A stretch of DNA of 64,000 nucleotides from Tubulanus polymorphus (taxonomy: Eukaryota; Animalia; Nemertea). Under the pieces are notes generated by a model. The model searched no databases and was not told where the DNA came from. It worked only from the letters and a program-made list of their open reading frames with translations. The position numbers were made by a program, and so were the translations under genes. Positions 26,358 to 49,010 of this stretch are shown one piece after another. Every line of letters starts with the position of its first letter. Position 1 is the first letter of the stretch. Where the stretch lies: the NCBI RefSeq assembly GCF_964204645.1, contig NC_134026.1, positions 24,462,150 to 24,526,149 on the forward strand, read 5' to 3'.

Positions 26358-28008
26358 AGAATATCCTTTGTTATGAGGAGATATTTAAAAAAAATGATAT
26401 TCTTTAATCTCAAAATCACGTTATTTTATCGATAGCTAATTATGTTTAAAACTAATAAACTAATTAAACGTTACTAACTAAAGCAAGTCGAAAATAATTG
26501 AATGGAATTGAATAAATCATGAATTATGTGATCCAAAGAATTCCTGTTTTAAGACTCATTTAAAAATTTGCGCATAATGGTTGGCATTGTTTTGGATGTC
26601 TTCGGTGTTTACTATGTTCTTCATATTTCCGAATTGGAATTGTCATATCGTCGTATCGGTTTCATCCACTGTGTTATGGTGATAAATGATCAAAGGGGTC
26701 GATTATAGGGATATTCCACGCGCTTCTGAATTTGAATTTAACTCTATGAATTATTTGCGAATTGAAACGACGTCTCGATATAACACTTTCATTCGCTTCC
26801 CTTCTGTGCTGTCTTTCGATCGTGCTAGCCTATTAACCTGTTTACAATCGCTCCATTGTTTCTATGTTTATTAATTCAATACCTACGTTATATCGTCTAT
26901 GCGAGGAGTCCTTTTGTGCGCTGGGTTTAGTTTATAAACGACTCGGTAAAGTTGATTATAACGCCCTATAGCCAGTGAAGTCCGTCTCCTTAGTCTCGCT
27001 ATAACTGACGCTTAATCAGTTACAAATCTTCATTACGTCGTTGGAGTGAATCGTACCTCGCGGCCCCGATCAAAGTGCCGGAGATAATCACTACTAAATT
27101 GGCGCATGTATAACGAGCGAGCTGGTAACTGGGGTTTCTCTAGTGCATCACCATGATGCACTAGATACATGTAAATGATTTAGCGCAATCCCAGTTATCT
27201 TAAAACTTCCAATCTCAATTGGCAAACAGCTATTTCTTTTTTTCTAGCACCTTATACATTTTTCATTGACAGAGCAAATAGATCATTTAGCGATATCTTT
27301 TCTACATAGTCGTCTAAAGAATAACTAGACATTACCATACATTTCAATGCACCGAGGTTTTTTTACGGTAACTTTTTTATTTTCTGCTCTACATCGACTT
27401 TTGAGTAATACACAATTGTTTCTATATAACTACTTTCAACTTTTCAATATAACGAGAACATTAATCATAATCATATCCAATGAGATATAGTTCAACCTAT
27501 AATGGGCTTATCGTGCCGGCTTTCAATGTCACCTAACGTGCTTCGCCGATTCCTCATATTTCATGGGCTATTATAACATTTCATTATATATATTTTGCAT
27601 TCAGCTAAATACTCATATAATATGTATATGTATCAATCATGCATATACATGTACACCGTTTCAAAAAATAAATTTTTCCAATGAATAATGCATGAAAAAT
27701 AATATATCATTGATATTCCATCATTGAATTTCTTTTACACAGCACAATGATAACTAAACGTTTGCTATGAACTAGTTATTAATTCTCATTACATATATAT
27801 ACATATATAATATATATATATTTCATTTTATCCATTCTGTTGATATAATATTTTAGAACATTAAACAAATACTTATTTATATGTAAGTTACGTATAGTTT
27901 GAACGGTGCTCAATACGAGTACAGTGTATTCCGGTATTGTCTCTTTTTATTTTCAATCACTCCACGCTTTGGAAGAAATATTTTCTTAGAACGATTCTGC
28001 ACCATCCT

Positions 28009-38003
<9,995 letters not shown>

Positions 38004-40211
38004 GGTGTTGTAAAGACTATTTGAAAATTATCTACTCATACAATGTTCTCAATCAGTGTATGCCATCGTTGCAAACAGGTGTGATCCTTATGAATAAATT
38101 TGATTATTCATTGCGGTCATTCTTCCCCAAAAATGACTTCGCTAAATGATTGACTAGTTCCGATATGGTGGAGCGAAAGTTTATTTAGTTGATTCCGGTT
38201 TCCGCTGCTGCGCTAATGCCATGTCCGACGTGGTAAGTGATAAGGAAATGGGCGGCACCTTCGGTTGACAGCGCGCGCCGCCAGTAAGAGACTGCACGAC
38301 GCAAATCTCAAGAACGCTGGCGTATATTTGAATCAATGAAACAGCACCAGAATTTTATGATGACATTACAATATTGAAAGTGCACAAAGTAAAATGAATT
38401 GATGATTGATCAGTTATAGCTGCTGTTTCAAATAAATGGTACCAAATCAAGATCTGCGAATATCAATTTTCAAATATTTTGAACCAATCATTAAATATCT
38501 GTAAAAGAGGATCGATTGGGATGAAATAAAAATCTCTTGATGGGCCAGTCATGTTCTAGATTTATGACCGACATAATTCATAACGATTTCAGGAAAGTCA
38601 CCAATGAGCAACTGGGCCCATACTTCATTCTAACCGAATCTGATTCATAGATGCCAGTGATCATACTCCAGGACCCCTGCCTATCATTGCTGCATACGTT
38701 TATCACGCAATATCGTGACTTGTTGCACATTTTGCACGTCATGCACTCGAAAAACTGCGCGGTCACAAGATGCAACACAGCATGTGTGTAATGCGATGTC
38801 GGATCCTTTCAGAATTGTTCATTCATCGTCGACTGACGGAACTTCGTTTGCAGTCCATGATATGATAAACTCATGCAATAGTTGAATCAGCATCAAAACT
38901 GAAGGTTTGGTTACAGCCAGAAATATATATGCGTCGGTTTTTAGGATAGTCACAAAACCTAAGTGAACCACCAGACTAGTTTACCAGACGGGGGAATTAC
39001 TACGAATGACTTTTCATCCAACCATCGAAGATAATTCTATCAAGTGGAGGCTTATATGATAGTATATATTCTTGCGACGTCTCGTGTCGCCGCATAATCG
39101 CTATCAATCCAGTCCCTGTGAATTCCATTTGTTTGTCATTAGCCAGTTTCTACTCGTGTGCACAATTCTTCTCGGGTGATTGCAAATAATGTTTTCCGTA
39201 ACTCGAAACAAACAGTTGCTTTGCCCTGCTAATTAAGTATCATTTCAGAGCTCGGGTAGCGACCGTAAATCTACGACATATTTTGTGCTTTCGCCTGAGT
39301 TGATGCTTCAAAAGCGCCGATCATTCAGACTCAATAACGTATGTGACCAGCGTAGAATTCCAATAGACTCGTGCTCGCACCGTGCAGCTGCCGCCATTTC
39401 GATATAGCAATTACCAGTTTCCCTGATTGGCATTTGTGCATGTGTGATCGCTTTCAGGATCCATCCATGCGTCCCGTATAAAAACGGGTCGAATGTCGGG
39501 TTATTGCTGCTATACCGAGCTAGATTCCCCCTTAATCCTGCTGCCAGAAGGAAGGACGTGATTCAGTTAGCGGTGTATATTCTTTATTTTATGGCGATGT
39601 CCACTTACCATCGGCCACTGAATCGTTTTGGCGCGCGTAACGTTACAACAGTAAGCTTATTAAGAGTTTATCCTTTTTTGTAAAGATATGATCGCTTCGA
39701 ATTTCTAATGTTCGATTGACGGGATTATTGTGTCATTTGCGCGATAAGGGCAATAAATCGATTTATGATTTGTCGGAACTTCATGCAAACAAACAAGAAA
39801 AACAGCTGGGAGAAATTTACTTCGTAGATAGTTCAATTTATCCATAAGGATGTTAGTTTTTAAGATTAGGATATCAGTAGAGAGGTCCGTTGACAGGTAA
39901 AAAACCGGTGTTTGACTTTTATCATCAAACTGATGCCGATGATTGAAACACTGCTACATAGCGAATGATTTTACATCCAGCAATCGACACAACGCCAATA
40001 TTTCTATGAGACAACTATAAAGTCGATATCATCTCACAATGACGACGAAGAGTAACTCTTAAGTACTCGTATGTCAAGAAAATTGGAGCTTCTCAATGGT
40101 TGGACAGCTGTTTCGATTCTCACATATCCAAGCAGATTTAGCACCGTCATAGTTGGCAGGCGCTCCATTTCAAAACCATTTGAATCCTTAAGTTATCATA
40201 TCCAAAAAAAT

Positions 40212-40283
40212 AAGAATATAATGTAAAATGTATTGACAAACACCTCAAGAGGTGTTTGTCAATACATTTTACATTATATTCTT
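40212..40283. repeat. Perfect palindrome: 35-bp arms, 2-nt spacer
   Basis: aagaatataatgtaaaatgtattgacaaacacctc-aa-gaggtgtttgtcaatacattttacattatattctt. Confidence 0.97.
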
Positions 40284-40900
40284 GTGGTGTGGCTCTTCTA
40301 CAAGATTGTGAAGATATTCTCGGCGATGAAGTGATTTACGCCGACTGGTGTTCGAAGAATATTTCATTGGACATTGCGATTTATGAATAAGCAGATTTTC
40401 TGCTAACGCCTGATTAACGTGAATGAAGGATATAGGATCGCGCTCAATGTGTCGTTTCTTTAAGACCCTTTTCGCTGAAACTTCGCTAAAACCAATTCCC
40501 AATTTAGACATAAAGAATTTAGTCATAAAGAATTTAGAAACTTTGATTAAAAACTGCAAATTTTCAGTTAGCTAAATTCACCCAAAAAAGAGTTTTGTGT
40601 TTTGAATTTATTTTTGCGCCGTTATCTACTTTTGTGCATTTAAATTTGTGTATGCGTGTTTTCGTGGAAGATGATGAAAACAACCGTGGCCCGAATCAGT
40701 CGCTCCATTCTGTTTTAAGTGTTTCTAGAGACCTCTCGACGTCGGCTCCATCTACTGTAAAATATTAAGTAATAAATGTGATATTTCAGCTTGTAACGAC
40801 TGCCATCTTAATCATGTTAACTTCAATTTCCTCCTCCTTATTAAGAATCGCACTATTCAATATATAAACAGTACTATTCGTCGAATGAGGAGAGTTTTAG

Positions 40901-40951
40901 TATGGAATTCCTCAAGGGCCATACGAGTAACGATTTACGAATTACGAGTTA
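40901..40951 (+). mobile_element. Solo terminal fragment of the foldback-like element
   Basis: TATGGAATTCCTCAAGGGCCATACGA.., identical to the start of the arm at 41208, followed by TTACGA units. Confidence 0.8.
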
Positions 40952-41209
40952 TCTACCATCTCCGGCTACATAATCAATTATTATCTAGAGATATCATCAA
41001 CACGATCTCTACTAGATTTTGGTTAGATATAATAAAATTTGTAATCAGTTCCTGCCGGGTCTTTTATAGGGTTATGGTATAAATTGATCAGGATTTTAAA
41101 AACAGTGTAGGCCTACAGGCCCGGTAGCCGTAGGAGCCCGTCAGTCAATAGAGGGAGACATAGCACCGATCCTTTGAAATTCTGCCAAAGACTTCTTTAC
41201 CATTCATTA

Positions 41210-42069
41210 TGGAATTCCTCAAGGGCCATACGACTTACGAGTTACGTTTTACGACTTACGAGTTACGTTTTACGAGTTACGATTTACGTTTTACGAGTTA
41301 CTTATACATTTCCTTGAATATTCGTTACGACTTCCGTTTTATGAGTTACGAATTACAACTTAAATACGTTTTACGAATTACGAGTTACGATTTACGAGTT
41401 AAGTGTTGGAGTTTCGGTTTGCAAGAGTTCAAGGACAGTGGCCACGTGGTAGGCCATTTCACTGTGTGGGTGTAATTATTAGACGAATAACTGTAACGAT
41501 GATGGATTGCTGTATGCGGCCCAGTGTTTTCAAAAAATAAATACATTTTTTCTAAATTGATGAATCTTGTTCTAATTATCAAAATCATTTCCAGCTAAGA
41601 TCTATTGAAATATCGTCTATTAAAATCATCGTGCACGTAACGGGGCAGTCATCAGTCAGTGTGAAATGTATTGTCAGCATTTAATAGATTTTGAGAAGGT
41701 TCGCACCAGATGGCCAACGCGCAAATTTTCTGTCCTGTAATAGACCACTGCAGTCGAGATTGATTCACTATGTACAATAAATTACTCTTATTATGCTGTT
41801 TGAAATGACAATTCGACTTCATTTTGAAACCCGTTCTTTGAATTATGCGCTTCGGATATCCGAAGCCAGTTAGTGAAAAACGTGTAATTCGTAAAACGTA
41901 AGTCGTAAATCGTAAGTCGTAACGTATTGTAGGAAATGTATTAGTAACTCGTAAAACGTAAATCGTAACTCGTAAAACGGAAGTCGTAACGAATATTCAA
42001 GGAAATGTATAAGTAACTCGTAAAACGTAAATCGTAACTCGTAAGTCGTATGGCCCTTGAGGTATTCCA
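41210..42069. mobile_element. Foldback-like non-autonomous DNA element with ~190-bp modular inverted arms, flanked by TA
   Basis: Left arm TGGAATTCCTCAAGGGCCATACGA + (TTACGAG/TTACGTT/TTACGAT)n at 41210-41400; the reverse-complement arm is at ~41881-42069; TA lies on both sides. Confidence 0.85.
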
Positions 42070-42487
42070 TAATTATTCAATAATTCGGCCTGAATATCTC
42101 GCGGATTACACAAAAAATACTGCCGTGGATACCCTGATTTGAATATTCTCGGAGCTACCCTTTGTATTCGTCGGTACAGAAGAGACCTGCAAGTGGAGCC
42201 GGAAATTGCGGGAATGGCATTAATGGCGGTGTTATTGAAGCAGGTATAACTGTATGCCGTTTTACGGCATGCAGCCCCAATTAGCGGCCCCAGGGATCTT
42301 AACTGGATGGGTATTGTTCGTTAACGTCCCTGAGGATATTGAATGGTCATATCTGACATACTTACAGCCCTTTAGGGTAAATTGATTAATTATATTTCTA
42401 TGAGTAAATGTGGCTTTAAACGAACCAAAAAAGTCAAAATTCAGCAAAATATCCCTCCGGATTGTTGATTTAATCAGATAAATTTTT

Positions 42488-43767
42488 ACAACCCTGGGAA
42501 CTTTGACTGGACATTATCTGGCATATTTACATACCTGGGGCTGATATCTGCATTAACAACCCTAGGGACCTTAACTGGACATTATCTGGCATATTAACAT
42601 CCCCAGGGCTGATATCTGCATTAACAACCCTGGGGACCTTAACTGGACATTATCTGGCATATTAACATCCCTGAAGTTGATATTTACATTAACAACCCTA
42701 GGGACCTTACCTGGACATTATCTGGTATATTTACATCCCTGGGGGTTGATATTTACATTAACAACCCTGGGGACCTTAACTGGACATTATCTGGCATATT
42801 AACATCCCTGAAGTTGATATTTACATTAACAACCCTGGGGACCTTAACTGGACATTATCTGGCATATTAACATCCCTGAAGTTGATATTTACATTAACAA
42901 CCCTGGGGACCTTACCTGGACATTATCTGGTATATTTACATCCCTGGGGGTTGATATTTACATTAACAATTCTGGGGACCTTAACTGGACATTATCTGGC
43001 ATATTAACATCCCTGGGGTTGATATCTGCATTAACAACCCTGGGGACCTTAACTGGACATTATCTGGCATATTAACATCCCTGAAGTTGATATTTACATT
43101 AACAACCCTGGGGACCTTAAATGAACATTATCTGGCATATTTACATCCCTGAAGTTGATATTTATATTAACAACCCTGGGGACCTTAAATGAACATTATC
43201 TGGCATATTTACATCCCTGGGGGTTGATATTTACATTAACAACCCTGGGACCTTAAATGGACATTATCTGGCATATTAACATCCCTGAAGTTGATATTTA
43301 CATTAACAACCCTGGGGACCTTAACTGGACATTATCTGGCATATTAACATCCCTGAAGTTGATATTTACATTAACAACCCTGGGGACCTTACCTGGACAT
43401 TATCTGGTATATTTACATCCCTGGGGGTTGATATTTACATTAACAACCCTGGGGACCTTAACTGGACATTATCTGGCATATTAACATCCCTGAAGTTGAT
43501 ATTTACATTAACAACCCTGGGGACCTTACCTGGACATTATCTGGTATATTTACATCCCTGGGGGTTGATATTTACATTAACAACCCTGGGACCTTAAATG
43601 GACATTATCTGGCATTTTTACATCCCTGAAGTTGATATTTATATTAACAACCCTGGGGACCTTAAATGAACATTATCTGGCATATTTACATCCCTGAAGT
43701 TGATATCTGCATTAACAACCCTGGGGACCTTAACTGGACATTATCTGGCATATTAACATCCCTGGGG
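42488..43767 (+). repeat. Minisatellite, ~68-69-bp unit, ~19 copies, subterminal in the transposon
   Basis: Unit acaaccctggggaccttaactggacattatctggcatattaacatccctgaagttgatatttacatta with variants. Confidence 0.97.
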
Positions 43768-44020
43768 ATAGCTGACATCCTCTAACCATTCGTCCATCCA
43801 TCAACTTTCGATTCAAATTGCACCACGAGTCAGTATATCCATAAAAACATAGAAAATATCTCCTTTCACCAAAAAATACAGTAAACCTTGACCGACCAAC
43901 TTGAACTTAATAAGTGCAAGTCTGAATGAGTTGGTAATGTTTTACAATCCAATGTAAGAGAAAAACGATTACAGTATAAAATATATTTCGAATTGTCTAT
44001 TCACAAAATACAAAACATTA

Positions 44021-44673
44021 TTACAGTGCACAAATTGGACAAACACCTCTTCTCAATCGGCAACTTCCTTTACCCCTCTTGATACACTGCCTGTGCAGCC
44101 AAAAGAATTCACACCTCTCACATCCTTCCTTAAAAAGAGATAATCCAATAATCTGATCAGAGTATGGTAATAATAATATAAGTGATTATTAACAGCTTTT
44201 TTGTATCTCTTACCCAGAGAATTCTTTTGTGTTTGTCATCAGCTGGTTCCTTTTGGCCACACAACCGGCATACCATTTTTAGTATTTCTGTATCTATAGA
44301 AATATATATATTGTTCATTTCATTTATTTCAGATGTATCTTGACCACCAACAAGTTGCGCTTTGATCTACTGATAGAAGAGTACCTACCGCATACACCAT
44401 GGAGAATTTCCAGCACTTGTTCTTGCATAGATTCGATTCCAGAACTAGCTGATTCAAAATCCTCTAGCGAGGTTTCGCATATTAGACCTTCAGCGAACTG
44501 AAAGAAGAGAATTTCAGGTAATGCGAAGACCTATAAATTAAAGAAACTATCAGTGATTATTTTGAAGGAGTTATTGAATTTTTTTTGCTACTCACAGCAA
44601 GGCATAGAAGTCCACATGACGTGCTATCCTGCTGCTTAGTATGTGGAATTGTCCTGATTTTCCATTTGTTTCG
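44021..44673 (-). pseudogene. 3' part of the transposon gene: Ulp1/C48 protease C-terminus + PHD finger (exons ~44596-44673, 44389-44497, 44214-44293, 44021-44128)
   Basis: WKIRTIPHTKQQDSTSCGLLCLA|FAE matches the Ulp1 Q..CG catalytic motif. Spliced in frame to CRLC...W|EGCERCEFFWLHRQC...CPIC* (C4-H-C3 PHD). The catalytic His/Asp region is absent and the frame is disconnected from the 5' part. Confidence 0.75.
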
Positions 44674-46004
44674 GTCAAAATTCAGCAAAATATCCCTCCG
44701 GATTGTTGATTTAATCAGGCCACCATGTAGGTCTATTCGTGTCATGGCCCCATATTGATCGACTTTTTTTTCCTTCTGAAAATAACATAAGAATTTGTAA
44801 TAGAATGTATGATTTAACCTTACTTGGATCAGCCTCCCAGAATTCTGCCAAAATCATCTAATTAAAGAAAAAGTCCTCCCTGTTTTCATCACAATTTTTC
44901 AAAAGTAATAAATTTTTTTGTCATGTACGTCTCGGTTTGCAATCTAGCAACTTGTAAAAATTTATGTTCATCTCAATGTTCAATCTTGTAATTTTCAAAA
45001 AAAGTTTTTTCATTTCTCCCATTATTTGAATCAAATTCATCACAATTTTCACTCCTTTTTTATTTTTTTCTGCAGTCCTTCTGAGGTTTAATGTAGGAAA
45101 TACTCAAAATAATTCTAAAAAACTTTTTAAAAAAAATTTTTTCCCTGTTTTCTTCCAGTTTAAAGCACATATTATCAAATATTCCCTTAGCCCTCCCACT
45201 ATTTCGTGAAAAATTCTGAACTCCGACTAATAAAAAAGGCCTTAGTGTTAACTCACCAGCTCCGACGATAATTCTTGAGACCAAAGCTCTTAGAGTATGA
45301 TTCCCTTGGGCGTCAATTTCTTCATATGCATGGTCCTTCAATGAAACTTTACTCCATAACGCTTCTCCATCTGAATTTTCATCCGTAGATTTTTTTAGGG
45401 ACGCTACTACCACTTTTAAGAACTCCGACTTAAGTACGGAATTTTGTGTTGCCGTCTGAAGTGCAGGGATGTCTAAAAAGAAAAAAAATATTTGCTGAAT
45501 TATGATCACTTGATTGTCACCAAGTCATGTGGTTCCATACATGTATTTATCAAGAAAAATTATCCTGTGAATTGTCAGATATGAGAATCATATATATTCG
45601 TTAAACAAGTATTTGAAACAATAAACATGTTTGGTACTTGCTTGAAACAATATCTACAGACCCCTTGTTATATTGAAGTAAAACCATTGCTGGCAAGTTC
45701 TTTTCTGATTTTATCTGAAAAATGTTATAATCATATGAAAATCTCGTAGGCCCTTTCATTTACTTTTGAATATATTATGAAAACATGATTCTTGTATGAT
45801 CTGTTCTTATAAAAGTAATTTTGTTTTCACCTTTTTAGTTATTCTTGCAAACCTTTTTCTTTCATTACACCTCAACTTCTGTAGAGAGGTCAGCTTGCGT
45901 TTAACAGTCTGAAGATGAGAATAATGCATGACCGTTACAAATTTATCAAAAACATATTTAACTACTGGTATAAGATAAGGGGTAGTAGATAAAACCCCTG
46001 GGTT

Positions 46005-47250
46005 GAAATCCTTTGAAGTAGGTAAAAATCTCTACTTGGTATTTTCAATCACATATCAAAAAAAAGATGATTCTCCAATTCTATTAGCTTGCAATAAAAC
46101 TGCAATATATCCAAACAGTGCAATAAACTCTTTCGATAGATTCTTAAATAAATAATTAGAACTGTGCGATTAACACTGAAACCAATTTTTCAGTTTCCTG
46201 CAAGATAAAGGGTTATGCTATGTGAACTTTTTTTTACCTGACTTACCTGTGAGGCGATTGTAGGAAAAAATACCACCAGTGAAAATGACAGTAGGAAAAA
46301 AATGCCATAGACATTCAGAATATAATTACTGCTTACGAATTTGATTTTAACTAACAATAGAGTAATAATTTTTGATTAACTTTTAATTTTTGATTTAAGT
46401 AATGTTCATAGTATGCCACAAACTAAAGAAATTTTAAGTGGAGAAACTTAGGGGTACTAAAATACAGCGCCAAATACAATAGCAGGTTTGAAATTCAATA
46501 GAAAGAGATCATTGATAAAATGACTGATAATTAATGCAGTCAACTCGAATACATATGTTCATAACAACTGAGTTCTTTTTCCTACTATACAAAAAGTGAC
46601 ATTTTTTCCTATGTTGCAAAATTTGGTGGCAATAGATATTGCCAACACAAGTTCTAGGGATTGTCCAAAGCAATGCAAGTATTATGTGAAAGTATTATGT
46701 AATTATGTGAAATTACCTACATTACCAAGTTAGCAAGGCTAGACTGGATCATTTTTTCAAACTCAAAAATCTTTTTTCAAGGACTGTGTTTTAGAAGTAT
46801 TTGTCATTTTTCATTAACTAAGAATTAACAAACACCCATAGAAATGATTCTAGCTGTCTTAATATCCATGATATCATAAAAGTGTGTAAGCAAACTTCTA
46901 TGACAATACAGACCATGAGCTTCACCTGGCCTTGCAATCCTATTGTCCTGTTGTTAACATGAACAATTGCCATGCAGTTGTGGTCCCACTAATTATTTAA
47001 GTATTGGCTGGATTCCTTACAATTAAGATAATGAAGTTGAACTAAGTAAATATTAACAGCTTTACTTAATGGGGAGCCACAACTCTGGAAATCGAAATTG
47101 TAAAAATCCATAATATGATCAATAATTTATTATGCTAGCTTGATTTCAAAATATTTAATAATTAATTCTAATAATTCATCGCATCGCACAGTTAAAAATA
47201 CTACAAGTAAAAAATTGCCAAGAGTTGATTTTTACCTACTTTGAAGATTT
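46005..47250. mobile_element. Possible nested element defined by inverted AGTAGGTAAAAATC ends, enclosing a second inverted pair GTAGGAAAAA/TTTTTCCTAC
   Basis: aaatcctttgaagtaggtaaaaatctctacttgg (~46006-46039) pairs with ccaagagttgatttttacctactttgaagattt (~47218-47250); a third copy lies at ~49391. Inner repeats at 46260-46307 and 46576-46612. Confidence 0.45.
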
Positions 47251-47425
47251 TGAGATGATTATTGTACCATTTGAATGAAAAGGTACTGCAAATCAATAGT
47301 TCATTAATACTAAGTTAATACTTAAAGTTACCGCACAGCTCAAATTTATCACGAGTTGAAGAAAATTCATCACACAGTTTAAATAGATTACACTAGCTAA
47401 ATAGATTACACAACTGTTTAAAAAA

Positions 47426-47467
47426 ACACCTGACGATGATCTCTAGGTTGAGATCGAAACGTTGTGT
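47426..47467 (+). ncRNA. Minimal type I hammerhead ribozyme (Penelope-like element pLTR remnant)
   Basis: ACAC-CTGACGA-T-GATCTC-taggtt-GAGATC-GAAACGTT-GTGT: stem I, intact core, perfect 6-bp stem II, palindromic stem III; AATAAA and a T-rich tract follow. Confidence 0.8.
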
Positions 47468-48067
47468 ATTCTATATATTTTAGATTGAATAAATAAATTC
47501 TTGTTTTTAAATTCTTTTAATCTGTAAGTAGTGGGTTTTTATCTTATTATACGTTCACCACATTTGAGTGTGGTTATCGTTCTATCAAAATATTTCAATT
47601 TTGAATTTTGAAATATTACATAAGTTCATTAATTCCATCAATTTAACAATTTATTTAATTCTGAGAATTAAAAGTTAAAAAAACACGAATTGGAGAAATA
47701 TATTTAAATAATTGCTGACCAAAATGGATCATTCGATGATTCCAAAAATGTATTTTAGTGCAAATCCTATTTTTAGAATAGCCTACATGAAAATCTGAAA
47801 ATACGTATGGATGCCCTTGATTTTGAAAATGACGGATGTCACTGCTTTAAAAAAATGTTCTGTCACTTACCGTATTCGTGAATGATTGTTCATCAGACAT
47901 CGTGTACTTTGTTTTGTCAATTCCTATATGTATATTTATCTCTTCCAGGTTGGTTGATCTAATAATAAGCGGGTTATGATCCTCAGCACCCAGAAGTATA
48001 TTTATATGCAGAGCCTCCGAAAATACCCGTGAAAGGATACTAATTAACGCTCTCAAAAACATGGCAT

Positions 48068-48450
48068 GGCATTTATGATAAGGTTTAATTCAGGTGGCTG
48101 CTAGTTACTGATGGAATTTAATTACTGGCTAGGAAGCAGTTGTTAATTAATTATTTCTACCTGTTTCAGCTGCTTATTTTGTAAAGCGTCACCATTAATT
48201 TGATATTATAAGTCAGACCACTTGACAGAATGAAGTAGAATTGTACATTGTAATTACTTTGGCATTTATAAGGTTTAATTCAGGTGGCTGCTAGTTATTG
48301 ATAGAATTAAATTACTGGCTAGGAAGCAGTTGTTAATTAATTATTTCTACCCGTTTAAGCTGCTTATTTTGTAAAGTGTCACCATTAATTTGACATTATA
48401 AGTCAGACCACTTGACAGAATGAAGTAGAATTGTACAATGTAATTACTTT
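48068..48450 (+). repeat. Tandem duplication, two copies of ~190 bp
   Basis: ggcatttat..aaggtttaattcaggtggctgctag...tgtaattacttt at 48068-48260 and 48261-48450. Confidence 0.92.
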
Positions 48451-48732
48451 GTATGGACAAGAATAATACAAATGTATCAAAATTATGATGAAATCTGTAA
48501 TAAAGAGATATATATTTAAATTTTGAGTTGATCATTTGTTTAATTTTTATATTTTCCCTACTTAAAAAAAAATACAAGTTCTGAATGCTAAATTTCAAGC
48601 TAATTATTCACAAGATTAAGATTACAGGCTAACCATTTAGAAAGATGATGAGCTGTTTTGGAACAGTTGTTGGTAGTGGGAGCCATTGAGCTTTGGTGAA
48701 CAGGGCCTGCCTTATTTTGCAACCAAGATCAG

Positions 48733-48854
48733 GGGCCAGTTGCACAGTCGTGACTTAAGTCCAAAAGTGGTCTTAAATCTTAAGACTTAAGTTGTTAGAT
48801 TGGCTATAGAACTCAGTTGGTCTTAAATCTAAGTCATGACTATGCAACCGGCCC
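48733..48854. mobile_element. PIF/Harbinger-type MITE
   Basis: TIRs GGGCCAGTTGCACAGTCGTGACTTA / TAAGTCATGACTATGCAACCGGCCC with CAG on both sides (3-bp CWG TSD). Confidence 0.8.
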
Positions 48855-48900
48855 CAGGAGCCTAATATTGTATTCATCTAATATTCCTAAACGTGAGAAC

Positions 48901-49010
48901 TCCCACCAAAATAATTCAGCCAAAAAGAGAATTTGTATATATTTAATCAATGTGTCTATTATATACTGTTCTATTCAAGAATTCTTTTTGGCTGAATTAT
49001 TTTGGTGGGA
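48901..49010. mobile_element. MITE-like hairpin with perfect 28-bp inverted repeats
   Basis: tcccaccaaaataattcagccaaaaaga ... tctttttggctgaattattttggtggga. Confidence 0.75.

Larger units (their letters stand above)
44711..47900 (-). pseudogene. 5' part of the transposon gene: NRF1/EWG-like DNA-binding domain (exons 47871-47900, 45831-45908, 45642-45714, 45257-45472, 44711-44775), ending in a premature TAA
   Basis: Spliced product ...EIDAQGNHTLRALVSRIIVGAEGKKSRSIWGHDTNRPTWWPD* aligns by eye with NRF1 VDKMTQAQLRAFIPEMLKYSTGRGKPGWGKESCKPIWWP. Phases are consistent if the donor at 45641 is GC(AAGT). Confidence 0.62.

Noticed and set aside
41209-42070. Paired ORFs MEFLKGHTTYELRF... on opposite strands
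   Set aside because: They arise from the heptamer-built inverted arms of the foldback-like element.
43257-43484. 75-aa repetitive ORF
   Set aside because: Lies within the minisatellite; unit lengths of 68/69 bp shift the frame.
42488-43767. CRISPR-like array
   Set aside because: Units are contiguous with no unique spacers, there are no cas genes, and the context is eukaryotic; it is a minisatellite.
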